From Guillardia theta CCMP2712 (Eukaryota; Protista; Cryptophyta), in assembly GCF_000315625.1 (NCBI RefSeq), contig NW_005434580.1, forward strand, positions 209,648 through 273,647: DNA of 64,000 bases, in the 5' to 3' direction. The notes under the pieces are model-generated. The model was not told the DNA's origin. It saw only the letters and a list, made by a program, of their open reading frames with translations, and did no database searches. Within the stretch, counting starts at the first letter, position 1; every line of letters starts with the position of its first letter. Shown one piece after another: positions 50,679 through 63,300 of this stretch. The position numbers and the translations under genes were made by a program.

Positions 50679-51435
50679 GCTGAGATCGGATTTCTGCCTG
50701 TGGAAGACACAGCGTGAGAACACAGAGAGAGACTGGCTGTAGGGATGTTCTATCTGGTCCATTGGAGGTATGATCAAAGGAGCAGGAGTTCATATGAAAG
50801 CATCTGTTTCATGTTCTTTCTCCACAAGCTCTTGCTTGTCTCCTGCATTGACCTCTCTCCCCTCCCTCTCCCTGCCCCCTCCTCCCTCTCCCTGCCCCCT
50901 CCTCCCTCTCCCTGCCCCCTCCTCCCTCTCCCTGCCCCCTCCTCCCTCTCCCCCGCATCCTGTCTCCGTTCCCGTCATTGGCGAGCATCGAACAGATTGC
51001 AGCTCTTCAGTAGGGGTGTGGTTCCATCAACTTTAAATATATTCAAATATTAAAACCTTATCCCAATTCTTGTGGGTAATTTTGAAAACATTTTAAAAGA
51101 ACTTGATAATTTCAAAAGTAATCTAGGGGTGGGTGGGGGTGGCTCAATACAGAAGGGCGTTTTGGCGGGAAGGAGGAACGAAAGGATCGGATAGGACAAG
51201 CAGGTGTAGGAGGGTAGGAGGCTAAGAGGAATCGAAGGGAGGGAGAAGGAGCGTAAGAGCGAAGGAGAAGGGTAGAGCCGGTTCCATGAACGCGATCGAA
51301 TCTGTACAATGTATTCCTGTGCTCTAAAACTCGTTCCCTCTGGCCGATCCATCATGTATACATCAGAAAGAGCTGTCCATTTGAATCCTTCATTATGAGA
51401 AACACTGATTGTCTACCTTAACACCTCCCTCAATC

Positions 51436-52007
51436 CTAAACCTCGTCCTCGTCCGTCGCCCTCATGTACTCCGCAAGCCACTCTGCCTCTATTCCCCCCG
51501 TCGTCCCCTCCTCTCCCCGCTCCACCATCCGCCAGGGTCCTCCTGTCCCTCCCCATGCGCGAGCGCCGGAGGTCTGAGCAGCGGGCAGAAAGGCTGAGGG
51601 CTGGGCTTGGGGTCGTCCGGGCGGCGGGCCAACAAGCTCGGAGGCAGTGGGTGACACGTCAGTCGCTGGTGCATCAGGTGATGATGACGACGGTGATGAT
51701 GGTGAGGAGGAGGAAGCGTCTTTCTTCTCGCCCCCTGCCTTGCCCCCCCGCCTCTCCTCCCCCCTGCCCTCCCCGCCAACGAGCGATGCCGAGCCTCCTG
51801 CAGGCAGTCTTGAGGCTGGTGAGGGAGATGCCCTGGCAGGAGGAGGAAGCGCAGTCAGCATCGGGCAGTGAGGGAAGGAGGAGGGGCAGGGGAGCAGAAT
51901 TGGATAGAGGACGAGTGGTCCAGAAAGTCTTGACGAGGTTGAGGAACGACGAAGACCGAGGGGGAGGCAGGAGACAGCATGTCAGGAGCAGAGGGAGGAG
52001 GGGTCAT
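51436..52007 (-). pseudogene. RWP-RK pseudogene
   Basis: Paralogous to 55294-55971, but the ..ILQPLFPLKQRDAAKRL segment and the 5' splice site are deleted. The exon-2 span 51832-51436 is 397 bp, so it is frameshifted. Confidence 0.75.
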
Positions 52008-52935
52008 GTTAACGGAGAGGGGGACTGGTAGGGTGAGACAAGAAACAGGGAAGGGGCCGGGAGGGAGAGGGGGGGGCAAAGGAAAATTCTGTAAAAGGAA
52101 GCGGTGCAATTGAGAAACGTCGCCCTTTTCGATGTTTCAGTTTGCGAGAAATGCCTGGTACGAAAGCAAGATCGTTAGAAGAGCAAGCAATGTAATTGTT
52201 TTTCCACTCTCTTGGTGTTGTTGAAACTGTTGAATAGTTTCTATATCATTTTCCTGGCAATACCATTCTGAAGGGGATTACTGTTTTCTACTTTTCCATG
52301 ATTTTGATCATGATTTGAATCAATATCATCTCTGCGTGAAATTGCCTGCCTCTGCCTCTGTCTCTGTCTCTGTCTCTGTCTCTGTCTCTGTCTCTGTCTC
52401 TGTCTCTCTGTCTCTCCTCCCCTCTGTCGGCGTGTCGCAGGGGTTGCTCTCCTTCTGTTCTCCCCCCCCTACCACCCCTTCAACATGACCTCACAAGATG
52501 AGGACCGAGGGGGTGTCTGTGCACTGGGGGGTACTCGGGAACTACATATGTTGCCAGTGTCGTAAGCAGACCCGCCTCAACGGCGGGTCCACCCGAGCGC
52601 GGGTGGAATGGGAATCGCAATGGCGATCCAGCGACAAACTGTTTCGAGGATGAACAACTCAAGAATGAAAATCTGTACAATGCAAAACAAACGTTTTATA
52701 TTCAGAGTTACATACAAATTGTCATTCTCTATACCTGTTCGCGTTGTACAGGTCATTGGTGAGAAAGCACTTGGCAGTAGGACTTTTTGTCATTGGGTTC
52801 TTCGAGAGACTCATGCTCTTCAAGAATGCTTCAGATGAAATCACATCTATCCTCACAGATAATCTTGTATTTGCTTTTGTAGCTCATCAACTGTGTCAGA
52901 GTGTGAAGTTGTCCAATGTCTGATTTTCTTACACA

Positions 52936-53664
52936 ATGACTTGTGCTTTTGCCGATGATTCTTTACTTGACTTCGAAGCTTTTGTGAGTCTATGTGCAGC
53001 TGGAAATCATCATGATGTCTGTCCAAAGAGGTTTCTAGAAGCGTATTGCTCTTACATGAGAAATGTTGATGGTATGCTGGCTCAGCTTGAGAAAACTAGC
53101 CGCTACTTGTAGCAAGCTATGGTCCACGTCGCTTATCTCCAACGTTGCGTGCCCGATGTTTTGCAGAAAATGTAACAATTTCAGCACCAATGCGTCAATG
53201 AACACTGCATAATTCTTTACAGACCACAAGTCGATGTCTTTGAAATCCCGTCGACGACGTGAACAAGCTTTGATGCAGTGTTGAGGGATCGTCCGAATGC
53301 TGATCGTACTTTGTCTCGTCTTACAAATAGGGCATTTCTCTCTGTCTGCTGTCGTCTTGGTCATGGTAAGGATGCAGAGCGGATTGCCCGACAAAATTCG
53401 GATTTGAATGTCTTCCCATGGCGCGTCATAGATCTTGCATTGTTGCCTTGTATCCCCTGCATGACCACCGACCACGATGTGCATCGCGGTCGGTGGGAGC
53501 GGTATTTAACTGAAAATTAGTATTTCGGGATTGACAACCCTGGTGATCTACCTTGTATCTGTGAGAACTTGAACCGACTTGCTAACTTGTTATTAAGCAA
53601 AGTGAAGGAGAAATTCAGTAACTCCTATCAGATCTTCACAAGATTCGATGGCAGGACATCTTGA
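52936..53664 (+). pseudogene. Decayed intronless ORF (~242 codons, four in-frame stops) of unknown family
   Basis: A single frame reads MTCAFADDSLLDFEAFVSLC..RYL*QAMV..QKM*QFQH..STT*TSFDAVLRDRPN..LTEN*YFGIDN..FDGRTS*. It has no frameshift and is lower in GC than host exons. Confidence 0.55.
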
Positions 53665-54691
53665 TGAGGGGCACGAGGCTTGTTCAGGGAGACGTACCTG
53701 ATTCATTCCTTGCCCGGACAGAATGAGGAAGGGCTGGTGCGAACCGTGTGCGAGGATAAGGCAGGAAAAAGAATCTAGCTTCTAACTTACAGCTGTCCTT
53801 CACAAGTGCAGCTGATGTCGGTTCCTTTCTGATATGTAGGAAAATCAAGGTCCTTGCAGCTGCTTGTTCGATTCTGAAGGTAGTAGCAGGCTCTCGCAGT
53901 GAGCTGCTAAAGTACAAGATGCGCTAACGGAATTCAAGGCATAAGTTGTTGTTACCTCGAGTCAAGTTAGCCGGGCATCAAGAACGACACGATTTGACGT
54001 GAAAAGAATCAGGTCAGTCTCGGGCATGGCGAAGAAAAGCTGGAAGGCTTCAGCTGAGGAGGATCAATTGAAGGAAGGGTTCTACAAAGAGGCCAGGTGC
54101 AAGTGATCATCCTTTCAGATCCACCAGGATTTTACAGCGAACATTGGTGAACGATTTCGTCAATGACAAATACATTTGAACGTCCAAAACTCCTCACGGC
54201 AGGGAGTATCGAAGCCAAGATAGTTATCTCTGACATGTGTTGGACTCAACGCCTGACGGTCGTTTCGCGCCTTGCAACGAGAAATCTCTGGACAGTAGTC
54301 AGAGGCTAGAATGTAGATTCGCATTTCCTATCTGCCCTTTCTGTTCCCCGTTGTCTCTATTTTCCCTTTTTCCACCTCCTGATCATCTTTACTAAGTCGT
54401 GGACTGAGCGATATTCCATCGAAGGCGATTGAGCTGCCGTGAGAGTTCTGACAGGATGAAAGCTGACTGAGGTTGGAAGCTTGCAAGAGAAGCACAAGCG
54501 ATGGAGCTGTCGACCGACGTTGCTGGCGCTGAACGATCAGACTGGAGCGAGGCAGTCGACGACACAGTGACAAGGGGAAACAATCTCTTGGTACGCTGCT
54601 GCGGTAATGGAGGACGAAAAGTGAGATAACGCCTGCTTGCAGGTTGTTCGATGTCGGACACAGTCTCTCGATCAGGCAATGCTGGGCGGAC

Positions 54692-54991
54692 ACAAGGGAT
54701 CAGAGACAGACGCTGGACAAGGGATCAGAGACAGACGCTGGACAAGGGATCAGAGACAGACGCTGGACAAGGGATCAGAGACAGACGCTGGACAAGGGAT
54801 CAGAGACAGACGCTGGACAAGGGATCAGAGACAGACGCTGGACAAGGGATCAGAGACAGACGCTGGACGAGAGATCAGAGACAGACGCTGGACAAGGGAT
54901 CAGAGACAGACGCTGGACAAGGGATCAGAGACAGACGCTGGACAAGGGATCAGAGACAGACGCTGGACAAGGGATCAGAGACAGACGCTGG
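54692..54991 (+). repeat. 25-bp minisatellite ACAAGGGATCAGAGACAGACGCTGG x12
   Basis: Twelve head-to-tail units with no spacers; one variant unit at ~54867. Confidence 0.95.
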
Positions 54992-55293
54992 AGGGGTGAG
55001 GGCACGGGGGCTGAGATCACTTGCAGCAGCCACTCGTCATCTCCTCCTGTTGTGAAGGTCAAAAACAACCTCGCAGCTGCTCCCACGACCCCCTTCGCCT
55101 CGGACCCCTTCCTATCTCTTGACCCATCCCCCTGCCCCTCTTAGATCAGACCTGTCGGGAGGAATCCTTTCTGCTGACTTCCAGAACGTGAGCAGCTATC
55201 TCGACTTGAGGCGGAGACAAGCAGAAAGAGCTGTCCAGTTAAATCCTTCATTATGAGAAACACTGATTGTCTACCTTAACACCTCCCTCAATC

Positions 55294-55971
55294 CTAAACC
55301 TCGTCCTCGTCCGTCGCCCTCATGTACTCCGCAAGCCACTCTGCCTCTATTCCCCCCGTCGTCCCCTCCTCTCCCCGCTCCTCCATCCGCCAGGCTCCTC
55401 CTGTCCCTCCCCATGCGCGAGCGCCGGAGGTCTGAGCAGCGGGCAGAAAGGCTGAGGGCTGGGCTTGGGGTCGTCCGGGCGGCGGGCCAACAAGCTCGGA
55501 GGGTCTGACTTGGACCGTATGAGCGACGGCAGCTGCAGCTGATTGGGATGAAGGCGAAGACGCCGAGGAGGACGAGGGAGGGCTGTCCTCGGAGTCCTGC
55601 TCCTCCTCTCCCTCTCCGTGATGCGACCCCTCCTCCTCCCCTCCTCCCCCGCCTTGGCCCCCCGCCTCTCCTTCCCCCTGCCCTCCCCGCCAGCGAGCGA
55701 TGCCGAGCCTCCTGCAGGCAGTCTTGAGGCTGGTGAGGGAGATGCCCTGGCAGGAGGAGGAAGCGCAGTCAGCATCGGGCAGTGAGGGAAGGAGGAGGGG
55801 CAGGGGAGATCTTACGAGGCGCTTGGCGGCGTCTCGCTGCTTGAGGGGGAAGAGTGGCTGGAGGATGGCAGGGGAGATGCGGAGGAGAGGAGGGGGTGGT
55901 GAGGATCGGTCAGGGGGGTTCTTTCGGGGTCGAGGAATGACGTAGACGGAGGGGGAGGAGGGGCGCTGCAT
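55294..55971 (-). CDS. RWP-RK domain transcription factor (2 exons; RWR variant)
   Basis: Exon 55971-55816 ..ILQPLFPLKQRDAAKRL and exon 55746-55294 GISLTSLKTACRRLGIARWR..WLAEYMRATDEDEV*. Confidence 0.85.
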   Translation of the reverse strand: MQRPSSPSVYVIPRPRKNPPDRSSPPPPLLRISPAILQPLFPLKQRDAAKRLVRSPLPLLLPSLPDADCASSSCQGISLTSLKTACRRLGIARWRGGQGEGEAGGQGGGGGEEEGSHHGEGEEEQDSEDSPPSSSSASSPSSQSAAAAVAHTVQVRPSELVGPPPGRPQAQPSAFLPAAQTSGARAWGGTGGAWRMEERGEEGTTGGIEAEWLAEYMRATDEDEV

Positions 55972-56175
55972 GTCAGGAGCAGAGGGAGGAGGGGCGAGAT
56001 GAAGGGGATGGGAGTGGAAGAAGAGTGTTGGAGCCTGGAAGCGAGAAAGGTTGTCAGGAAAACTTACAAGAATCAAACAGCCGTATGCTTTAGCTCAGCT
56101 GTATCATCAAGTTCTTGACGTCTCTATCATATTTGGTTTCCTGATGGTCTGGTATAAACGTTCTTCTGGTTTCTT

Positions 56176-56391
<216 letters not shown>

Positions 56392-57719
56392 TTACTGCAG
56401 CAACTCTGTAGCCGGCTTGCTGGATTTATCGTAGCGCCGCATGACTGGTTCGTCCCTTCAGAGGGGGTGGTGTTCCCAGTTGACCTCATAGAGTAAAAGT
56501 TTGCCGTCGGGTGGGTGGGTAGCTCTATCGTAGGAACACCGGATGACCGAGCCGTGCCGCCTCGTGACCTGCTGACTTAAAGAGCCTCATCTTTTAGTCA
56601 ACGTTGATTGCACGGCATAACTTGCGGTGCCTTCGAGTTACCGTTGGCGATGCGAGGAGAAGGAGAAAATGAGCTAAGATCCTCCATCAGTCATGCTTGC
56701 TGGATCATCCCTGCATGCCAACCTTATAGTCATCCTTGCTGGATCATCCCTGGATGCTAACTAATGGTTCATCACATGGATAGTTACTTCAGGGCACGAC
56801 GGGTGTCTCGTACAACTCTTGTACAACCTCCCTGAGTTTCGAGGTTGGATCCTGAACAGCATGCTTTCTTGCGGCAGATTTCTCCTTGAGCTCATACGCA
56901 ATATCAATACTTGTTCTTCTGAATCAGCAATGTATCATATTTGTAAAGTCCCTCGTGCAACCTTGATGGAAACATGTTTGCATCAGATGTATCTTGTCGT
57001 CTCGAAGGGTTTACTTTCCTAGTGACTGCTGGATGAGTGGCAATGACTGAGGAGGAAACGTGCTGTCGAGAGGGTCAGAGAGCGTGCTTGCGTGAAGAAG
57101 GGACCATGAGGGTCAGATGAACATTCATATTAAGAACAAGCCTTGTAGGAAACGAAAGCAGGATCATGTTGAGTGAATATCCGCGTGATCGCCTGACACT
57201 GTTGGCTCGCCATCTGTTCCGAAACATCTCGAAGATCTTCTCGTCCCCCTCCCCCCCGCCCCCGCCCCTCCTGCTCCCCCCGCCCCTCCTCCCCTCTCTC
57301 CCTTTTCTAGCAGAGTTGCCAGGCGCTCAAGGGGTCTTTAACTTTTACTCAACCGAAGCCCCGTGAGGGGGTCCATGGGTGTGGTAAAGGTGGGTGGGTG
57401 ACAGGGGTGGGGTCAGCAAGGCAACAGCAATGCTACGGTCGATTCTTCCTGCTCTCGAAGGATCGAAGACGCGGATCGACCCTCTCTCCTGCTGTCACCT
57501 TCCAGCTCTCCAGCTCCACACGATCATGTGAAGCAGGCTACACGACACTTCTGCCGGGGATGCGTCAGAGTAGTGACGTGTGGTAGCGTATCGAGGCAAA
57601 TCGACATTGCAATTGTGAAAAATTCCGCAAGGAAGCTGAAGCAGTGACTTCATGTCTGACCTTCTGCGCACTTCGACAAGTATTTTGAAAAAAGTTAGAA
57701 ACACACAAGCCGCTTGATG

Positions 57720-58002
57720 AGCGTACGATTAATACCGCAATCGACATTTCAAGAGCTGAGAGCAACATCGGCATCATCGTAATCGCCCCATGACAATCAA
57801 TACTTCGACAGACTCGAAAGAGAAAGGAGAGATTCACTTGAAATTTGATTCGAGATATTGTTCTGGTCAGTCACCCTACTTAAACGAGATGACAATAGTG
57901 GTTGTAAACTGCATCTTCAGGGAGCAAACGAGAGATAACTACAACACTCTCACAGTGGCGTTGACTAGAGCACAACAACCAGGACAGGTTACTACTCGCT
58001 AA
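57720..58002 (+). pseudogene. Possible superfamily-1 helicase C-terminal relic
   Basis: NIGIIVIAP* followed, in another frame, by GQ..EMTIVVVNCIFRE..YNTLTVALTRAQ, resembling SF1 IG(V/I)I(T/A)PY and motif VI (N)VALTRAK. Confidence 0.3.
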
Positions 58003-58203
58003 GACACGTCGCTCTTGCCATGGAACGTGGATTAGATGATGTGTGCGGTATGAGCTTGGTCTGATGTACCATAGTAATACTTGAAAGGTTTGGACAACTG
58101 AAGTCAAACAACAAACAACTTACACCTCTATTCCCTCGCTCTGTTTCCCTGTTTTATTCGTACCTCAAACAGTAGTTATCGTGAATAGTAATTATCGTGA
58201 CTG

Positions 58204-58880
58204 TTACACCTCGTCCTCGTCCGTCGCCCTCATGTACTCCGCAAGCCACTCTGCCTCTATTCCCCCCGTCGTCCCCTCCTCTCCCCGCTCCACCATCCGC
58301 CAGGCTCCTCCTGTCCCTCCCCATGCCCGAGCGCCGGAGGTCTGAGCAGCGGGATCAGCTGATTGGGATGAAGGCGATGACGCCGAGGAGGACGAGGGAG
58401 GGCTGTCCTCGGAGTCCTGCTCCTCCTCTCCCTCTCCGTGATCCGACCCCTCCTCCTCCCCTCCTCCCCCGCCTTGCCCCCCCGCCTCTCCTCCCCCCTG
58501 CCCTCCCCGCCAGCGAGCGATGCCGAGCCTCCTGCAGGCAGTCTTGAGGCTGGTGAGGGAGATGCCCTGGCAGGAGGAGGAAGCGCAGTCAGCATCGGGC
58601 AGTAGGGAGGAGGAGAAGGAAGCGGTAGAGTCGGTAGAGTCGGTAGACGCAAGGGGGGGAAGTAAAGACTCACAAGGCGCTTGGCGGCGTCGCGCTGCTT
58701 GAGCGGGAAGAGTGGCTGGAGGATGGCAGGGGAGATGCGGAGGAGAGGATGTATAGAGGACAAGGGGCTTTGGGGGTTGCGACGAGGTCGGGGGACAACG
58801 TACACGGAGGGGGAGGAGGCCTGTATGTTAGGAGCAGAGGGAGGAGGGGCAAGATTTTGGTTAGGGAGATTGGCTGCCAT
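58204..58880 (-). CDS. RWP-RK domain transcription factor (2 exons; RWR variant)
   Basis: Exon 58880-58674 (69 codons) and exon 58566-58204 (121 codons) are in frame and carry the same motifs as the 55294 copy. Confidence 0.85.
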
Positions 58881-59326
58881 AACGAAAAGCACTGGAGCTG
58901 CAAGCAAAGGTCATCGTCAGGCGAGGAGTTTGTGCGCATCTTTTCTAGCTTCTCTTTACAGTCTGCACAATTGTGCGTTTGTCTGTTGTTTGCATGTTTG
59001 AATATGTTTCTCAGCTCCCTTGCTCATCCTTGACTATCTCACACGTGCTGCCAGCACCCTACTCTCATCATCTATCACTTCCTGTTGCTCTTTTTGTTTG
59101 TCGTCACCTGCCTCCCTTTCTCGTCTCTCCGTTCCTTTTCTTCTCAAGAGCCCCAACCCATCAACCCCGGGTAGTTGCATCGGTGTTCTGCAAGCTTTAT
59201 CTCTTCTTGCGAAAAGAAGCGGTTTCAATATTTTTGGAGTTGCCAACGTGACCTGCTGACAGTTTGGCCCATGTTAGTTGCCGACTCTCAAGTTTTTAGT
59301 TATCGATTCGCAGGAGCCCCGTCCTT

Positions 59327-60030
59327 CTTTACTCAAAGGTAAGTGAAAAATCAGTACGGGCCGTAAGAGGACACTGAATCATCAATCGGGACTGAGGAGC
59401 CTTGACCCGGGCCTCAGCCGCCGTCACGGCGTGACGGGCCGTGGCAGTGGGCCGGGCGGATGATACGGCGGGACCCGGCACCGTGACCGTCGGGTGACTC
59501 TGACTGAGGCGCCTCAGCCGGCCCGCCCGGCCCGCCGCCGTCAGGGCCGGGCCGTGGCACCGCCGGCCCGGCGCTTCAACTTCCGCGGCCACTGAGTCAA
59601 CGGCGGCATGACTGCCAGCCTGAGGGGCCTGCCAGAGAGTCAGCCGCCGCAGGACTGAGCCGGCGGGTAAACTTGAAATCAGTTGAATTTGACTCAACCG
59701 TTGAACTTCGGAACAATGTGACTCGGAGGCTCAGCAAGCCCCGCCGGCCCGGACTCGGGAAACGTCACGTTGCTCGGAATTCTTTACTCACATTGACTCT
59801 TGAAGAATCCGAGACTCGGTGACAGAGGCAGCGCCATGGCTGGCATGGCTCGGATTTGCCATGATATAGGCTGGCCGGCCCGGGCTGCGCGGCACGCGAT
59901 CCGGCAGGCCCCGCCCGCGTTTTCGAAAGCCTTCAAGTCCGAGGCCGGGCGCGGCCCGGCGCCGGGCCGGGCCGACCGGGTCGCCCGGGGCCCGGCTCGG
60001 ACGCACGCCCCGGGCCCGGCCGGGTTGAAC
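59327..60030. promoter_or_regulatory. GC-rich divergent intergenic island rich in CCGG/GGCC and TGACTC/ACTGAG words
   Basis: Lies between the minus ATG at 58880 and the plus ATG at 60350, and opens with CTTTACTCAAAGGTAAGTGAAAAATCAGTACG. Confidence 0.45.
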
Positions 60031-60349
60031 TTCAGTTCTGTACAACGGTATTCCGTTGAAATTCAATTTGGCGTGTTGTGGGAGGGAGGGAGGGAGGGAA
60101 GAGGGAGCGAATGTGATCGGAAACGAGGGTCGCGATGGCTCATCCGCCATCTTTGAGCACAGATGTGACGATAGAAGACAAGATGAATGTACTTGCTACC
60201 CCCAATCACTCACTTTCATATCCTTCACTCTTCCCTTTGCAATGGGAGATAGTCCTTGGCAGCGGGCAGAGGGGGGCCATGGCGAGAAGAGCGATTGTTG
60301 TTGTTTTCTTGTCTTTTGTTTTGACTGGGAGAGTGTACAGATCGTAGTC

Positions 60350-63300
60350 ATGGGAGATCAGCTAGCTTCCTTGGAGAGCAAGATAACTTCCTTGGAGAAG
60401 GAGAAACGTCAACGTGAGTTCCAGGTATGGTGGCCCTGCAAAAGACTGTCGTCCTGACATCGTACCAGTACACTGCCCTCGAGTCGCTTCTCCGCAAGAC
60501 CAAGACGGAGAATGAAAGGTTCTTCTTTGACGTCTTCTCAGCACATGAGATGTATCTGATGTTCTTTCACTCCAGTCTCAAGGCTGAGCTGTCAACCTTG
60601 AAATCTGAGGACACAAAGGATACAGACCAGCAGGCGGCAAGCGGCAGGTGATGCCTGGCTGATGGTGGCCGGAAGCGTGCCTGATTCTGCCTCTTTCTAG
60701 CTCTGATTCCTCTGAGCTCGAGGAGGTCAAGTCGCAATGCAAGCGCCTGGAGGAGGAGAAGAGAGCAGTCGAAGTCAGTCGGACGTGAGCGTTCTGAGAG
60801 TTCCTGACTGGATGGCAGGACGAGCTCAAGGCCGCCAATGGGAAGATGCAGACCCTCATGCAAGCGCTGAAAGAGCAGCAGGAGGAAACAGACAGGCAGT
60901 CCAGGTTTTCCTTGTTGTACCTGAGATACTGGGTGAGGCTGGTAGCAGGGAGGGCGAAGGCAGTTTGGCAAGAATCGCGGTTTTGGAGGAGGCGAATGAA
61001 AAGCTCAAGAGCAGGCTCGAGCTAGGAAACAAGGCACTCGAGACTCAGCATGAGCTCGAGAGGCAGCTCGAGGAGCTCCGAGCCACGTCCGCTGCTGCGG
61101 CAGACGAGGCGAGCAGGAAGGAGGCAGAGGCCGGAGAGCTGCTGGAGAAGGTGAAGGAGATGGAGGGCCGGCTGGCGCAGGCAGAGGAGGAGGCGAGGAG
61201 GGGAGACGATCTTGTGGTAGAGCTGCACGCAGCTCGGCTGCAGGTGGAGGAGCTGGAGGGGGCAAGGGAGGAGCTGCGCAAGCAGCATGAGGACGCCGAG
61301 AACGCCCAGCAGGCCCGCCAGCAAGAGCTTGAGGAGAAGATCGCGCAGCTACAGGAGGAGAACATGTCCCTGCAGCAGATGAGCATGAAGGAGGACGGGG
61401 AAGAGGCTCTTGCTGAGGCCCAGCAGCGGCTCGAGAAGGAGCAGGGCAGACGCGAGGAGCTCGAGAGGCAGCTCGAGGAGCTCCGAGCCACGTCCGCTGC
61501 TGCGGCAGCGGAGGCGAGCAGGAAGGAGGCAGAGGCCGGGGAGCTGCTGGAGAAGGTGAAGGAGATGGAGGGCCGGCTGGCGCAGGCAGAGGAGGAGGCG
61601 AGGAGGGGAGACGATCTTGTGGTAGAGCTGCACGCAGCTCGGCTGCAGGTGGAGGAGCTGGAGGGGGCAAGGGAGGAGCTGCGCAAGCAGCATGAGGACG
61701 CCGAGAACGCCCAGCAGGCCCGCCAGCAAGAGCTTGAGGAGAAGATCGCGCAGCTACAGGAGGAGAACATGTCCCTGCAGCAGATGAGCGTGAAGGAGGA
61801 CGGGGAAGAGGCTCTTGCTGAGGCCCAGCAGCGGCTCGAGAAGGAGCAGGGCAGACGCGAGGAGCTCGAGAGGCAGCTCGAGGAGCTCCGAGCCACGTCC
61901 GCTGCTGCGGCAGCGGAGGCGAGCAAGAAGGAGGCAGAGGCCGGAGAGCTGCTGGAGAAGGTGAAGGAGATGGAGGGCCGGCTGGCGCAGGCAGAGGAGG
62001 AGGCGAGGAGGGGAGACGATCTTGTGGTAGAGCTGCACGCAGCTCGGCTGCAGGTGGAGGAGCTGGAGGGGGCAAGGGAGGAGGTGGCGGAGCTGAAAGA
62101 GTGTTTGTCAAGCATGGAGAAGGAGGGGCAGGCTGTCCATGCCTCCTACGAGCTCCTGCTGTCCGAGAAGGATTCTCAGCTCGCTGAGCTGGCCGGGCAG
62201 CTGAAGCAGCTCGAGGAGTGCAAGGAGAAGATGCGAGAGGAGCTCGAGGAGGCGAACAGTGAGATCGAGAAGTTCCTCGAGCTCGAGAAGGACCTCAACG
62301 CCCAGCTGAAGGCCCACCAGGACAGAGCCGCTGGCAGCGAGCTGGACGCCCTTAGGGAGGAGGTGAAGAGCAAGAGCGAGCTGCTTGCCAACGCTGCCAT
62401 GGCGCAAGAAAACCTGAAGCTGCAGCTGGAGAAGGCTAGGAAGGAGGTGGAGGACGCAAAGGAGGGCGCGAACTCCTCTGCGTCATCGGCAGCCCAGCTG
62501 GAGACGCAGCTGAGCAGGGCGGAGGAGGAGAGGAAGGCTCTGTCAGACTTGCTGTCATCCACCAGGCTGGTGCTGGAGTCGAAGGAGGCCGAGCTCGAGA
62601 GCGTGCGCTCCCAGCTGGAGTCCAGCAGGGCCGAGTTGAGGGGCGTTCAGTCGGGGATGGCCGTGGAAGGGGGGGAGCTCAGGAAGGAGCTGGAGAGGAA
62701 GGAGGAGGAGAACTCCAGGCTGCAGCAGAAGCTCGCGTCCTCCAAGGACCTTCATGAGAGCTCAGCAAACCAGGTGGAGAGGTAAGCGACTAGATACAGT
62801 CAGACGGCTCCTTGTTCCTGTCCCTCCTTGCTGCTGTTGATTCTATTCCTACTCCCTTTCTTTCGTTGTCTCCCTCCCTCCCTCCCTCCCTCCCTCCCTC
62901 CCTCCCTCCCTCCCTCCCTCCCTCCCTCCCTCCCTCCCTCCTCTCTTTGCTCTTCTCATGTCTCGCGCAGGCTTAAGAAGGAATTGTCGGAGAAGGAACA
63001 AGAGCTCGCGAAACTTCAGGCTTTGAGCGCGCAGGCTGAGGAGAAACTGATCCAGGAGAAGAATACCTTGACGGTGATTCTTCCTTCCTCTATCCTCCCC
63101 CTTCCCCTTCCTCCCCTCCCTTCTCTTTTGTCCAGCCCTTCTCCTCCTCCTCTTATTTTCCCATCCCTTGTCTCCTCCTCCTCCTCCTATCTTCCCCTCC
63201 TTCACTTGTCTTGTCCTCCTCCTATTATCTTCCCCTCCTTCACTTGTCTTCTTCTCTTCTCTCATCCGTTCAGCAGGAAAAAGTCAAAGTCCTCACCTCG

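Noticed and set aside
54692-54991. CRISPR-like array
   Set aside because: Units are head-to-tail with no unique spacers, there are no cas genes, and the context is eukaryotic.
56688-56761. 39-bp-period two-copy direct repeat as a TE terminus or regulatory site
   Set aside because: Only two imperfect copies with no partner elsewhere in the window; insufficient support.
61005-62115. Long antisense ORFs (356-368 aa) opposite the coiled-coil gene
   Set aside because: Shadow frames caused by GC-rich GAG/CTG/GCG codon use and internal repeats.
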